NCBI GenBank assembly: GCA_029554865.1
Contig: JAKPUX010000314.1
Coordinates: 5,954-69,953, forward strand
Direction: 5' to 3'
DNA: 64,000 nt
Source: a bacterium
GTDB taxonomy: Bacteria; Zhuqueibacterota; Zhuqueibacteria; Residuimicrobiales; Residuimicrobiaceae
A program made the position numbers and the translations under genes. Under the pieces are notes generated by a model. The model was not told where the DNA came from. It saw only the letters and a program-made list of their open reading frames with translations, and made no database searches. Shown here piece by piece: positions 21,612 to 29,455 of the stretch; position 1 is the stretch's first letter; every line of letters begins with the position of its first letter.

Positions 21612-23684
21612 ATGGCCCTTCCCCGTACCGCCTGCAGGATGTTCTGCCTTTCCGTTGTGCTGATCACGCTCAGGACGGCCGCCGGCCAGCCCGTGCTCTT
21701 CCCCGAGCCTAAAAGCCCGCGCATCGCCAACTATGACATCGATGTCCGCCTCGACACCGAGGCCCGCCTTCTGCACGGCCGCCAGGTTCTGCGCTGGCGC
21801 AACACCGCCAGCCACGCCGTCGAGGAACTACAGTTTCACCTCTATCTCAACGGCTTCCGCAACGACCAGTCGACTTTCATGCTCGAATCGGGCGGCCGCC
21901 ACCGCGGCGAAAAGCTCGATGAGAAAGGCTGGGGCAATATCCAGATCGACTCCCTGACCAATGCAGCCGGGGAGGAGCTGCTCCCGATGACCTCCTTCAT
22001 CCAGCCCGACGACGGCAATATCAATGATAAAACCGTTCTCCGGCTGCTGCTCCCCAGGCCCCTTCCCCCCGGTGAGACCATCACACTGCATTTCGCCTTC
22101 ACCGCCAAGCTGCCCGAGCCCCCGATGGCCCGCACCGGCATCAGAAAAGAGTTCGTCATGGCCGGCCAGTGGTTCCCCAAGATCGGAGTCTATGAAGAGG
22201 GCGCCTGGAACTGCCACCAGTTTCACGCCAACTCCGAGTTCTATGCCGATTTTGGGGTCTACAACGTCGACATCACTGTGCCCCGGGGCCACATCGTCGG
22301 CGCCACCGGCATCTGCTATGCGACGGTGGATAATTCCGACTCCACCACCACCCACCGCTTCCACGCCGAGGATGTCCATGATTTCGCCTGGACGGCCAGT
22401 TCCGATTTCATCGTCCTCAACGGTAAAAGCCAGGATGTGGAGATCCGCACCCTCATCCAGAAAGACCACGCCTCCATGGGAGCGCGCTACCTCAAGGCGG
22501 CCGAGATCGCTGTCGCCTGGTTCCAGGATCAGTACGGCGACTATCCCTATCCCAACCTCACCGTCGTCGATCCCCGCCGCGGCGCCAGCGGGGCGGGCGG
22601 CATGGAGTACCCGACCCTGATCACCGCCTGGGGCGCCTATGGCCTCCCGGAGGGCGTTCGTGCCCTCGAGATGGTGATCATGCACGAGTTCGGCCACAAT
22701 TACTGGTACCACCTCGTCGCCTCCAATGAATTCGAGGAGGCCTGGCTCGACGAGGGCATCAACACCTTCAGCGAAATGCAGATCCTCGCCGACACCTATG
22801 GCGAGGCCGGCAGCATGATCGATCTCTGGGGCCTCCGCATCAGCGATACCCCCATTCAGCGCATGAGCTACATCGCCCAGCCCGGCCTCGATCCCGTCCT
22901 TCAGCCCGCCTGGAAATACTATTCGGGAAACAACTACGCCTCGATGTCTTACAACAAACCCGGATTGATGCTGCTCACCCTGCAAAACCTGGTCGGCCAC
23001 GAGACCATGAACCGCATCCTGCGCACCTGGTTCGAGCGCTGGCAGTTCAAACATCCGCGCAGCACCGATTTTATCGCCATTGCCAACGAGATCTCTGGTC
23101 AGAATCTTGACTGGTTCTTCGACCAGGCCCTCCGTTCCACCGCGGTGCTCGATTACAGCGTCAGCGAGATCGGCAGCAGGGAGGTAAAAAAGGCCAGCGG
23201 ATTTGATTTCTTCCCCGCTGATTCGGCCGCCGCCGGACCCTCCGCGGATACCCTGGCTGCCGGCGGCTCCGCTCCGGATACGGCTGCCATGGGCGAAAAG
23301 GCAGACCCTGACAGCGGCCAGAAGGCTGCCCAGGAAAAGAAACTCTACACCTCGACCGTGAAGGTGCGCCGCCTCGGAGAATTCGTCTTCCCGGTCGAGC
23401 TGCAGATGATCTTCGCCGACGGCGATACAGTGAACGAAAAATGGGACGGCGTGGAACGCTGGCATAAATTCTCCGTCACCCGGCCCGCCCGTCTGCTTTC
23501 CGCCGCAATCGATCCGGAGGACAAGATACTCCTCGACGTCCAGCTCACCAACAACAGCCGCACCCTGGAGAGTTCCTCCCGCGGTATCAACAAACTCACC
23601 GCGCGCATTCTCTTCTGGAGCCAGTTTATCATGGACATGCCTGGAGTTCTCAACCTCTTCACCGCCTTCTCACCCAACCTGTAA
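21612..23684 (+). CDS. M1-family zinc aminopeptidase (secreted)
   Basis: Signal peptide, HEFGHNYW HExxH motif plus a downstream Glu (EAWLDEG), and a Gly-rich exopeptidase motif (GGMEYP). Confidence 0.85.
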   Translation: MALPRTACRMFCLSVVLITLRTAAGQPVLFPEPKSPRIANYDIDVRLDTEARLLHGRQVLRWRNTASHAVEELQFHLYLNGFRNDQSTFMLESGGRHRGEKLDEKGWGNIQIDSLTNAAGEELLPMTSFIQPDDGNINDKTVLRLLLPRPLPPGETITLHFAFTAKLPEPPMARTGIRKEFVMAGQWFPKIGVYEEGAWNCHQFHANSEFYADFGVYNVDITVPRGHIVGATGICYATVDNSDSTTTHRFHAEDVHDFAWTASSDFIVLNGKSQDVEIRTLIQKDHASMGARYLKAAEIAVAWFQDQYGDYPYPNLTVVDPRRGASGAGGMEYPTLITAWGAYGLPEGVRALEMVIMHEFGHNYWYHLVASNEFEEAWLDEGINTFSEMQILADTYGEAGSMIDLWGLRISDTPIQRMSYIAQPGLDPVLQPAWKYYSGNNYASMSYNKPGLMLLTLQNLVGHETMNRILRTWFERWQFKHPRSTDFIAIANEISGQNLDWFFDQALRSTAVLDYSVSEIGSREVKKASGFDFFPADSAAAGPSADTLAAGGSAPDTAAMGEKADPDSGQKAAQEKKLYTSTVKVRRLGEFVFPVELQMIFADGDTVNEKWDGVERWHKFSVTRPARLLSAAIDPEDKILLDVQLTNNSRTLESSSRGINKLTARILFWSQFIMDMPGVLNLFTAFSPNL

Positions 23685-23704
23685 CCGCTCGCGAGGAACG
23701 CCTG

Positions 23705-24571
23705 ATGATTGCACGCACACTACATTCAGCCCTGACTCGCCTCTTCGCGCTCAAGCGGCTCTGGCTCGTCTATTATCTCAGTGGATTGGCTTTCGCCGCT
23801 GTTGTTGCCCTGCCGGCGACCTCGATCGTCTCCAGCTACGCCGGCCAGACCCTCACCGCCGAGCGCCTCAGCAGTTTTATGGATATCAATTTCATCATCG
23901 AACTGTTCCACTACCACGGCAGCGCCCTCGGCGCCATACTGCCCCTCCTCATAATGACAGCCTTCCTCTTCTGGCTGCTGATGCTCTTTTTTTCCGGCGG
24001 TGCGCTCAAGCTCATGGCCGGCGATCATCCCTACCGGCCGCGCGAATTCTGGGATGCTTGCGGCCGCTATTTCGGCCGCTTCCTCCGCCTCTTGCTCTGG
24101 AGCCTCCCCCTGCTGGCCCTCTTCTTCCTGCTGCCTGCCCTGGCCAACCTCGTCGAGAAACTCTTCTGGGGCAAGGATCCCGGCGACAACATCACCTACT
24201 GGAGCGGCATAGCCAAGATGGGACTCCGCTATCTTGCCCTGATGCTCTGGGCCCTCTTCTTCGATTATGCCCGCATCCTCGCCGTCCAGAAAAACGAAAA
24301 ACGGACGCGCCGCCTGGCCATCGCCGCTCTCCAGTTCACCAGCCGCAACCTCGGCCGCCTCTTCGCCCTGGCCCTGCTGCTCGCCCTCATCAGCCTGCTC
24401 GGACTGGTGATCTATAATCCGGTGGCGGACCTGCTCCACGCCCCCTCGACTGGAATCATCGCCCTGCTCTTCCTCTGGCAGCAGCTCTACATGCTCTTCC
24501 GCGCCGGAGTGCGCCTTCTCACCCACGGCAGCCAGATGAAGCTCAGTCAAAGGCTGCTCCAGGATTACTGA
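23705..24571 (+). CDS. hypothetical membrane protein
   Basis: 288 aa, multiple TM helices, begins 21 nt after the M1 peptidase stop. No family assignable. Confidence 0.45.
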   Translation: MIARTLHSALTRLFALKRLWLVYYLSGLAFAAVVALPATSIVSSYAGQTLTAERLSSFMDINFIIELFHYHGSALGAILPLLIMTAFLFWLLMLFFSGGALKLMAGDHPYRPREFWDACGRYFGRFLRLLLWSLPLLALFFLLPALANLVEKLFWGKDPGDNITYWSGIAKMGLRYLALMLWALFFDYARILAVQKNEKRTRRLAIAALQFTSRNLGRLFALALLLALISLLGLVIYNPVADLLHAPSTGIIALLFLWQQLYMLFRAGVRLLTHGSQMKLSQRLLQDY

Positions 24572-24622
24572 TCGCGGAGGAGAGGGTGCGCAAGAGAATG
24601 GCAACATTAAAGGAGGAAAGGA

Positions 24623-25315
24623 GTGACACCACTGCACGAAGGTGAGCGGCCGATCGTGGTCTGCCCGTACTTAGCTCGCGAGATCGAACTCAACGGCCGC
24701 CTGGAGGACCCCCTCTGGCAGCGCGCAGCCGCCATCGAACTGGTGGACGCCGTCAGCGGCCGGCCGGGACGATTCAGCACCTCGGTCCGCCTGGCCTGGA
24801 GCAGCACCTGCCTCTACGCTGCCTTTATCTGCGAAGACGATTACGTCTGGGGGGATATTGCGGAGCATGACGGGCTGATCTACGACCAGGAGTGCGTCGA
24901 GATTTTTATCAATCCCTCGGGCTGCCCCCATACCTATTTCGAGATCAACCTCAGCCCGAAAAATGTCGTCTTCGACGCCTGCATCCTCAACGATCGCACC
25001 GCCGCAAACCCGGACGGCCCCTTCACAGGACTGCACTGCTGGGAGGCGGCAGGGCTGCGCACTGCGGTTTCGATCCAGGGAGAGGTGGATACACCCGGAG
25101 CCGCACGCGGCTGGATCGCCGAGTACGCCCTCCCCTTCAGGGCCCTCTACGGAGCATCCCACCAACCGCCCCTGCCCGGCGACCTCTGGCGCGTCAATTT
25201 TTATCGCATCGATTCCCCCCGCCGTGGAGAGCAGGAGCTCTACGCCTGGAATCCGGTCCTGCGCCCCACCTTCCATCTCCCCTGGCGTTTCGGCTCACTG
25301 CGGTTCGGCGCATGA
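24623..25315 (+). CDS. CBM9/DOMON-like carbohydrate-binding-fold protein
   Basis: GTG start preceded by AAAGGAGGAAAGGA. 230 aa with a CBM9-like pattern (DDYVWGDIAEHDGLIYDQECVEIFINP...FEINLSP...WRVNFYRID). No signal peptide. Its stop overlaps the next start (ATGA). Confidence 0.5.
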   Translation: MTPLHEGERPIVVCPYLAREIELNGRLEDPLWQRAAAIELVDAVSGRPGRFSTSVRLAWSSTCLYAAFICEDDYVWGDIAEHDGLIYDQECVEIFINPSGCPHTYFEINLSPKNVVFDACILNDRTAANPDGPFTGLHCWEAAGLRTAVSIQGEVDTPGAARGWIAEYALPFRALYGASHQPPLPGDLWRVNFYRIDSPRRGEQELYAWNPVLRPTFHLPWRFGSLRFGA

Positions 25316-26535
25316 CTGCCAGCGGTGATCCCCAGGGGCTGATTCCGGCCGCAGCCCGCGACGCCCTCATCCTTTCCGCCTGCACCGAGATCATCAAACA
25401 GGGCCGCCATGCCGACGCCGTCCTGCAGCGCGCCCTCCGCACAGATCCCGCCTTCACCCTGGAAGAGAAAAGCGCTATCGCCACGGCGGTCTTCGACATC
25501 GTCCGCTTTGCCCGCTTACTCGGCGCCATAACCAGCGGCGATCCGGATGCTCCCCCCGTTCTCAACGCGGCTGCGCTGGAGGCCTGGAGGCTCTGGCGCG
25601 GCCAGCACCCGCCCGCGGGCCCTGCCGAACACGAGATGCTCGAGCGGGCGGCCCGATTCTCCGCCGTCCGCACCCTGCGCGAGTCCCTTCCCGACTGGCT
25701 GGATCAGCTCGGAGCGGCCGGGCGCGGCGAGCGCTGGGAAAGTCTGCTCGCGGCGCTGAATCGCCCGCCGCAGCAGGTTCTGCGCGCCAACACCCTCCGG
25801 ACCACCACCGCAGCCCTGCTCGCAGAGGCCGCCCGCATGGGATACCCCGCTCACCCGGTGGAGTGGGCCCCGGCGGCGGTCGTGCTCGAGGGGCACGCCC
25901 CGGTTTTTCAATGGGAATGTTTCAGAAAGGGATGGTTTGAAGTGCAGGATGCCGCCTCCCAGACAGTGGCGGTGTTCATGGAGGTCAAGCCCGGCATGCG
26001 GGTGGTCGACGGCTGCGCCGGTCACGGCGGCAAGACCCTCCATCTCGCCGCCCTGATGGAAAACCGGGGCCGGATCATCGCCCTGGATACCGTGGAAGAA
26101 AAGCTGGCAGAGCTGGTGCGCCGCGCCCGCCGCGCCGGCGCCCAGATCATCGAGGCCAGAAGGATCACCTCGACCAAGATCATCAAACGCCTCGCCGGTT
26201 CGGCCGACCGCCTTCTGCTCGATGTCCCCTGCTCCGGTACAGGGGTCTGGCGGCGCAATCCGGACGCCAAATGGCACCTGCAGCCTGAGGAACTGACCCG
26301 GCTGCAGGCCAATCAGCAGCAGATCCTCAGCTACTACAGCCGCATCGTCAAGCCGGGCGGCCGCCTCGTCTACTCCACCTGCAGTGTTCTGCCCGCCGAG
26401 GGCGAAGAACAGGTGGCCCGCTTTCTCACCGCCGCCGGCAACGCCTTCTCCCTCGCGGCTGAGCAGCGCCTCGATCCGGACACCCACGGATTCGACGGTT
26501 TTTATATGGCGGCCCTGGAGCGCACCTCGTCCTGA
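25312..26535 (+). CDS. RsmB/Sun-family 16S rRNA m5C methyltransferase
   Basis: NusB-like N-terminal domain followed by a SAM-MTase core (VVDGCAGHGGKT, DVPCSGTGVWRRNPD, YSTCS catalytic Cys). Confidence 0.75.
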   Translation: MTASGDPQGLIPAAARDALILSACTEIIKQGRHADAVLQRALRTDPAFTLEEKSAIATAVFDIVRFARLLGAITSGDPDAPPVLNAAALEAWRLWRGQHPPAGPAEHEMLERAARFSAVRTLRESLPDWLDQLGAAGRGERWESLLAALNRPPQQVLRANTLRTTTAALLAEAARMGYPAHPVEWAPAAVVLEGHAPVFQWECFRKGWFEVQDAASQTVAVFMEVKPGMRVVDGCAGHGGKTLHLAALMENRGRIIALDTVEEKLAELVRRARRAGAQIIEARRITSTKIIKRLAGSADRLLLDVPCSGTGVWRRNPDAKWHLQPEELTRLQANQQQILSYYSRIVKPGGRLVYSTCSVLPAEGEEQVARFLTAAGNAFSLAAEQRLDPDTHGFDGFYMAALERTSS

Positions 26536-26635
26536 GCTGGCGCCCGGGCCATCCGAATCAGCCTATCGCTTCGCCGCCGCGGCCGCTCCGTGCAGCCTCC
26601 TGCTCCCATAGATGCGCCGCATGCGTGCCCGCCGG

Positions 26636-28303
26636 TCAGGCGAAACTCTCCTCGACCAGCCTGATGGAGGCCTGCACCTCTTGCTCGATCCCGGCGCGCA
26701 GCTGCACCGCCTCGCGCCGCGTCTCCTCCCTGAAACCCTCGTCACCGAGCCCGCCAAGATTGATGCAGACATTGAAATAGGCCCCCTCAGCGGCGGTGCG
26801 CACCGCCAGGGCGGCCACACCGGCGTCGCTGATCGAATTCTTATTGCCAAGCTGCACCGCCTTGCGCGCCAGCTGCGCGGCCGGCAGGCAGCGCCGCAGC
26901 ACGGCCAGGGGCACCAGGGTCGCTCCGCGGGTCGCCTCCTCGATCGCCGCCTGACGGGCGGCTTTTTCCGGTTCGCTCTTCTTCGGCAAGCGGAAGGCCT
27001 CCATCACCCGGTTGAAAGCGGCTGTGTCGCGGTCGACATCGAGGAGGAACTCCTCCTTGAGGGCGTGGGCGGCCGTGCCGATCTCCTCCATTTCTGCGAA
27101 ATGATCCTCGTAGCCCCTCTTGCCGTGGGTCACCCCCCCCACCATGGCGGTGAGGGCGCCGCTCAGGGCCCCGCACAGGGCGGCCACACTGCCGCCGCCG
27201 GGGGTCGGGGTATCGCTCGAGAGGACCCGGGCGAACTCGCCGAGGGTCATGCTGACCAGTGGACCCTTCTCGCGCAGCTGATATTCGATGATCTTTTTCT
27301 CCGCCTCGAAGGGGTAGAGATCGTTCAGTCCCAGCGAGAGCACGGCGATGTGGACCAGCTCCGCTTCCGAGACCCCCGTGCTTTTGCCCTGCCGGCGCAG
27401 AAAATGTCGTCCCGCCTCCAGCATGGCCTCGAGGGGGATGAGACCAACCAGCTCGCTGCCGGTAACCCGCGCTCCCATTTCCCCGGCGATGCGGCAGCAG
27501 GCCTCGAAGGCCAGGTGGGGGGGAGTGATCTTGTAGTTGGTGAGGTTGATCGAGATCTGCGCGCGGCCGAAATCCTCCATATACCAGCCCACCGCCTTGC
27601 AGGCCTCAAAGAGGCCGGGATGACGGAGGGCTTCCCCCCCGGCATCACGGATGATGCGGCCCTGTTCATCCTTTTGCGGACGGCCGGTCTCGCGGATGCG
27701 GCCGGCGATTTCATTGGCGAGACGGGGATCGCGGGTGTTGAGGTTGACATTGTAGGCGATAAGAAACTCGCGCGCTCCGATGACCGTGGCCCCGGCCCCG
27801 GGATTGAATTCGGCGGGTCCGTAATCCGGGCGCCAGTCGGGATGGGCCATTTTCTCCGCCAGCCCCTCGTATTCGCCGGCGCGGACATCCGCCAGGTTGC
27901 GCCGCTCCGGGCGCGCGGCCGCCTCCTCATAGAGATAGACCGGGATGCCGAGCTCCCGGCCGACCCGTTCACCCAGCCTGCGGGCGAGCTCTGCGCATTC
28001 GGCCATGGTCACCCCGCGCACGGGGATGAAGGGGCAGACATCGGTCGCCCCCATACGCGGATGGGCGCCGCTGTGCCCGGCCATGTCGATCAGCTCTGCA
28101 GCCCGGGCTATGGCAACAAAGGCGGCCGCCAGCACCGGTTCGGGTTCACCCACAAAGGTCATGACTGTGCGGTTGGTATCCCTGCCTGGATCGACATCGA
28201 GCAGTTTCACCCCCCCACTGCTGCGGATCGCCTCGGCGATCTTGTCAATTTTGGCCGCATCCCGGCCCTCGCTGAAATTGGGAACACATTCTACCAGCTT
28301 CAT
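26636..28303 (-). CDS. bifunctional glutamate formimidoyltransferase / formimidoyl-THF cyclodeaminase
   Basis: N-terminus MKLVECVPNFSEGRD is the formiminotransferase signature. The C-terminal half is cyclodeaminase-like. 555 aa fused architecture. Confidence 0.8.
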   Translation of the reverse strand: MKLVECVPNFSEGRDAAKIDKIAEAIRSSGGVKLLDVDPGRDTNRTVMTFVGEPEPVLAAAFVAIARAAELIDMAGHSGAHPRMGATDVCPFIPVRGVTMAECAELARRLGERVGRELGIPVYLYEEAAARPERRNLADVRAGEYEGLAEKMAHPDWRPDYGPAEFNPGAGATVIGAREFLIAYNVNLNTRDPRLANEIAGRIRETGRPQKDEQGRIIRDAGGEALRHPGLFEACKAVGWYMEDFGRAQISINLTNYKITPPHLAFEACCRIAGEMGARVTGSELVGLIPLEAMLEAGRHFLRRQGKSTGVSEAELVHIAVLSLGLNDLYPFEAEKKIIEYQLREKGPLVSMTLGEFARVLSSDTPTPGGGSVAALCGALSGALTAMVGGVTHGKRGYEDHFAEMEEIGTAAHALKEEFLLDVDRDTAAFNRVMEAFRLPKKSEPEKAARQAAIEEATRGATLVPLAVLRRCLPAAQLARKAVQLGNKNSISDAGVAALAVRTAAEGAYFNVCINLGGLGDEGFREETRREAVQLRAGIEQEVQASIRLVEESFA

Positions 28304-28331
28304 ATTTTCGCCTCGGCTTTAGTCCTCTTGG

Positions 28332-28340
28332 TGTGGATAA
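28332..28340. promoter_or_regulatory. single consensus DnaA box (TGTGGATAA)
   Basis: Perfect reverse complement of TTATCCACA in an AT-rich intergenic region. It is an isolated box, not an oriC-like array. Confidence 0.3.
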
Positions 28341-28449
28341 TCGGAACTAATATACGAAACTAATCCCTGCAAAACAAAAGCGCAAAATTGTGTTGGAAAA
28401 ATAGGGAAAAATGTGCATCTTCGAATGCAGAAGCGGCGTGAGCCCGCAT

Positions 28450-28472
28450 AAAAAAACCGCCGATGTGGGCGG
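28450..28472 (-). terminator. minus-strand intrinsic terminator
   Basis: Minus strand reads GCCGCCCACATCGGCGG (5-bp GC stem, 6-nt loop) followed by TTTTTTT. No minus-strand CDS lies between it and the 28899..29246 gene. Confidence 0.45.
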
Positions 28473-28534
28473 CCCCGGCCGAACATCGACGGTTGACTAG
28501 AATCCAAGAAACTTCAACAGATTAGGGAGTTCAA

Positions 28535-28876
28535 ATGGGCGTCGGAACACTCCTGACCCGGGTTCCCTGGAAACAGGTGATCACCATGCTTCCCACCATT
28601 GTACAAACCGCCCGGGGGCTTCTCAACGCCTCGCGGCGGCCATCGATCGTCCCGATCGAGGTCGCTGACACCCCGCGCGGCCTGGCCTTGCGGGTGGAAG
28701 AACTCGAGGAAAACGAGCGCATCCAGGCGGAACTGGTCAAAAAGATGGCCGAACAGCAGCAGGGGCTGGCCGAAGGGCTCGAGTTCATGGCCGCCCGCAT
28801 CACCGCACTGCTCTGGCTCGCTGCCATCGCCCTCATCCTCGGTCTGGCCGCCTTCATCATCGTTCTGCTCAAATGA
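28535..28876 (+). CDS. hypothetical tail-anchored small membrane protein
   Basis: 113 aa; AGGGAG RBS 7 nt upstream. Central charged helix (RVEELEENERIQAELVKKMAEQQQG) and a C-terminal TM (LLWLAAIALILGLAAFIIVLL). Confidence 0.45.
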   Translation: MGVGTLLTRVPWKQVITMLPTIVQTARGLLNASRRPSIVPIEVADTPRGLALRVEELEENERIQAELVKKMAEQQQGLAEGLEFMAARITALLWLAAIALILGLAAFIIVLLK

Positions 28877-28898
28877 ACATTACCTCCACTCCGCGGGA

Positions 28899-29246
28899 TC
28901 ATTCTGGCGACGGATAGCGGGGATACCGCACGATGCCATGATCCCGCTCCCTCTCAACCTTCCAGAAGTGCAACCCGGCCATCACCCCGATCACCAGGCC
29001 AATGACGCCCGGTGCATGGACCAGACCCTCGATGAGCGAATAGAGCGCCGAACAAAGACCGACAGCCACCCCGATCACGCGGGAAATGCTGTTGGCAGCC
29101 CCGCCCATCGCGTGTGCCAGTACGGCGTAAATGCCCAGGCCGACGATCGCCGCCACGGCACAGCGGATAATCACCCTCGCCATGAAACCGCCCAAAGCCG
29201 CACAACCTGCAAACACCAGGAGACTGAGTAAGAGTTCATTTTCCAT
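28899..29246 (-). CDS. small glycine-rich polytopic membrane protein (GlsB/YeaQ-like composition)
   Basis: GGAGG RBS 7 nt upstream of the ATG at 29246 (MENELLLSLLVFAG...). About 3-4 TM helices rich in small-xxx-small motifs. Lies directly downstream of a perfect sigma54 promoter. Confidence 0.5.
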   Translation of the reverse strand: MENELLLSLLVFAGCAALGGFMARVIIRCAVAAIVGLGIYAVLAHAMGGAANSISRVIGVAVGLCSALYSLIEGLVHAPGVIGLVIGVMAGLHFWKVERERDHGIVRYPRYPSPE

Positions 29247-29292
29247 AACCCCTCCTTTCCGGGGGTCGAGCATCTTCCACTGCCCCGCCTAT

Positions 29293-29310
29293 TGCAACGA
29301 GTGTGCCAGA
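29293..29310 (-). promoter_or_regulatory. sigma54 (-24/-12) promoter, perfect consensus
   Basis: Minus strand reads CTGGCACactcgTTGCAA, i.e. TGGCAC-N5-TTGCA with canonical spacing, about 35-45 nt upstream of the 29246 start codon. Confidence 0.65.
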
Positions 29311-29455
29311 TCCTTGCGCCGCTGGCGGCGCCAATCACAAAATTGAAATTAAAGGGGTTATACAATAGTGGCGGAAATGCGCTGATTCGGGGATGTGCAG
29401 GAGTGCGCGCACACTGCGGGATGAGTGCGCGCACTCGGCAGAGCGGAGGGTGCGA

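Noticed and set aside
28332-28340. Perfect DnaA box near parAB-containing window - possible oriC?
   Set aside because: A single box ~21 kb from parAB with no cluster of boxes or AT-rich DUE array. More likely a regulatory site or chance occurrence.
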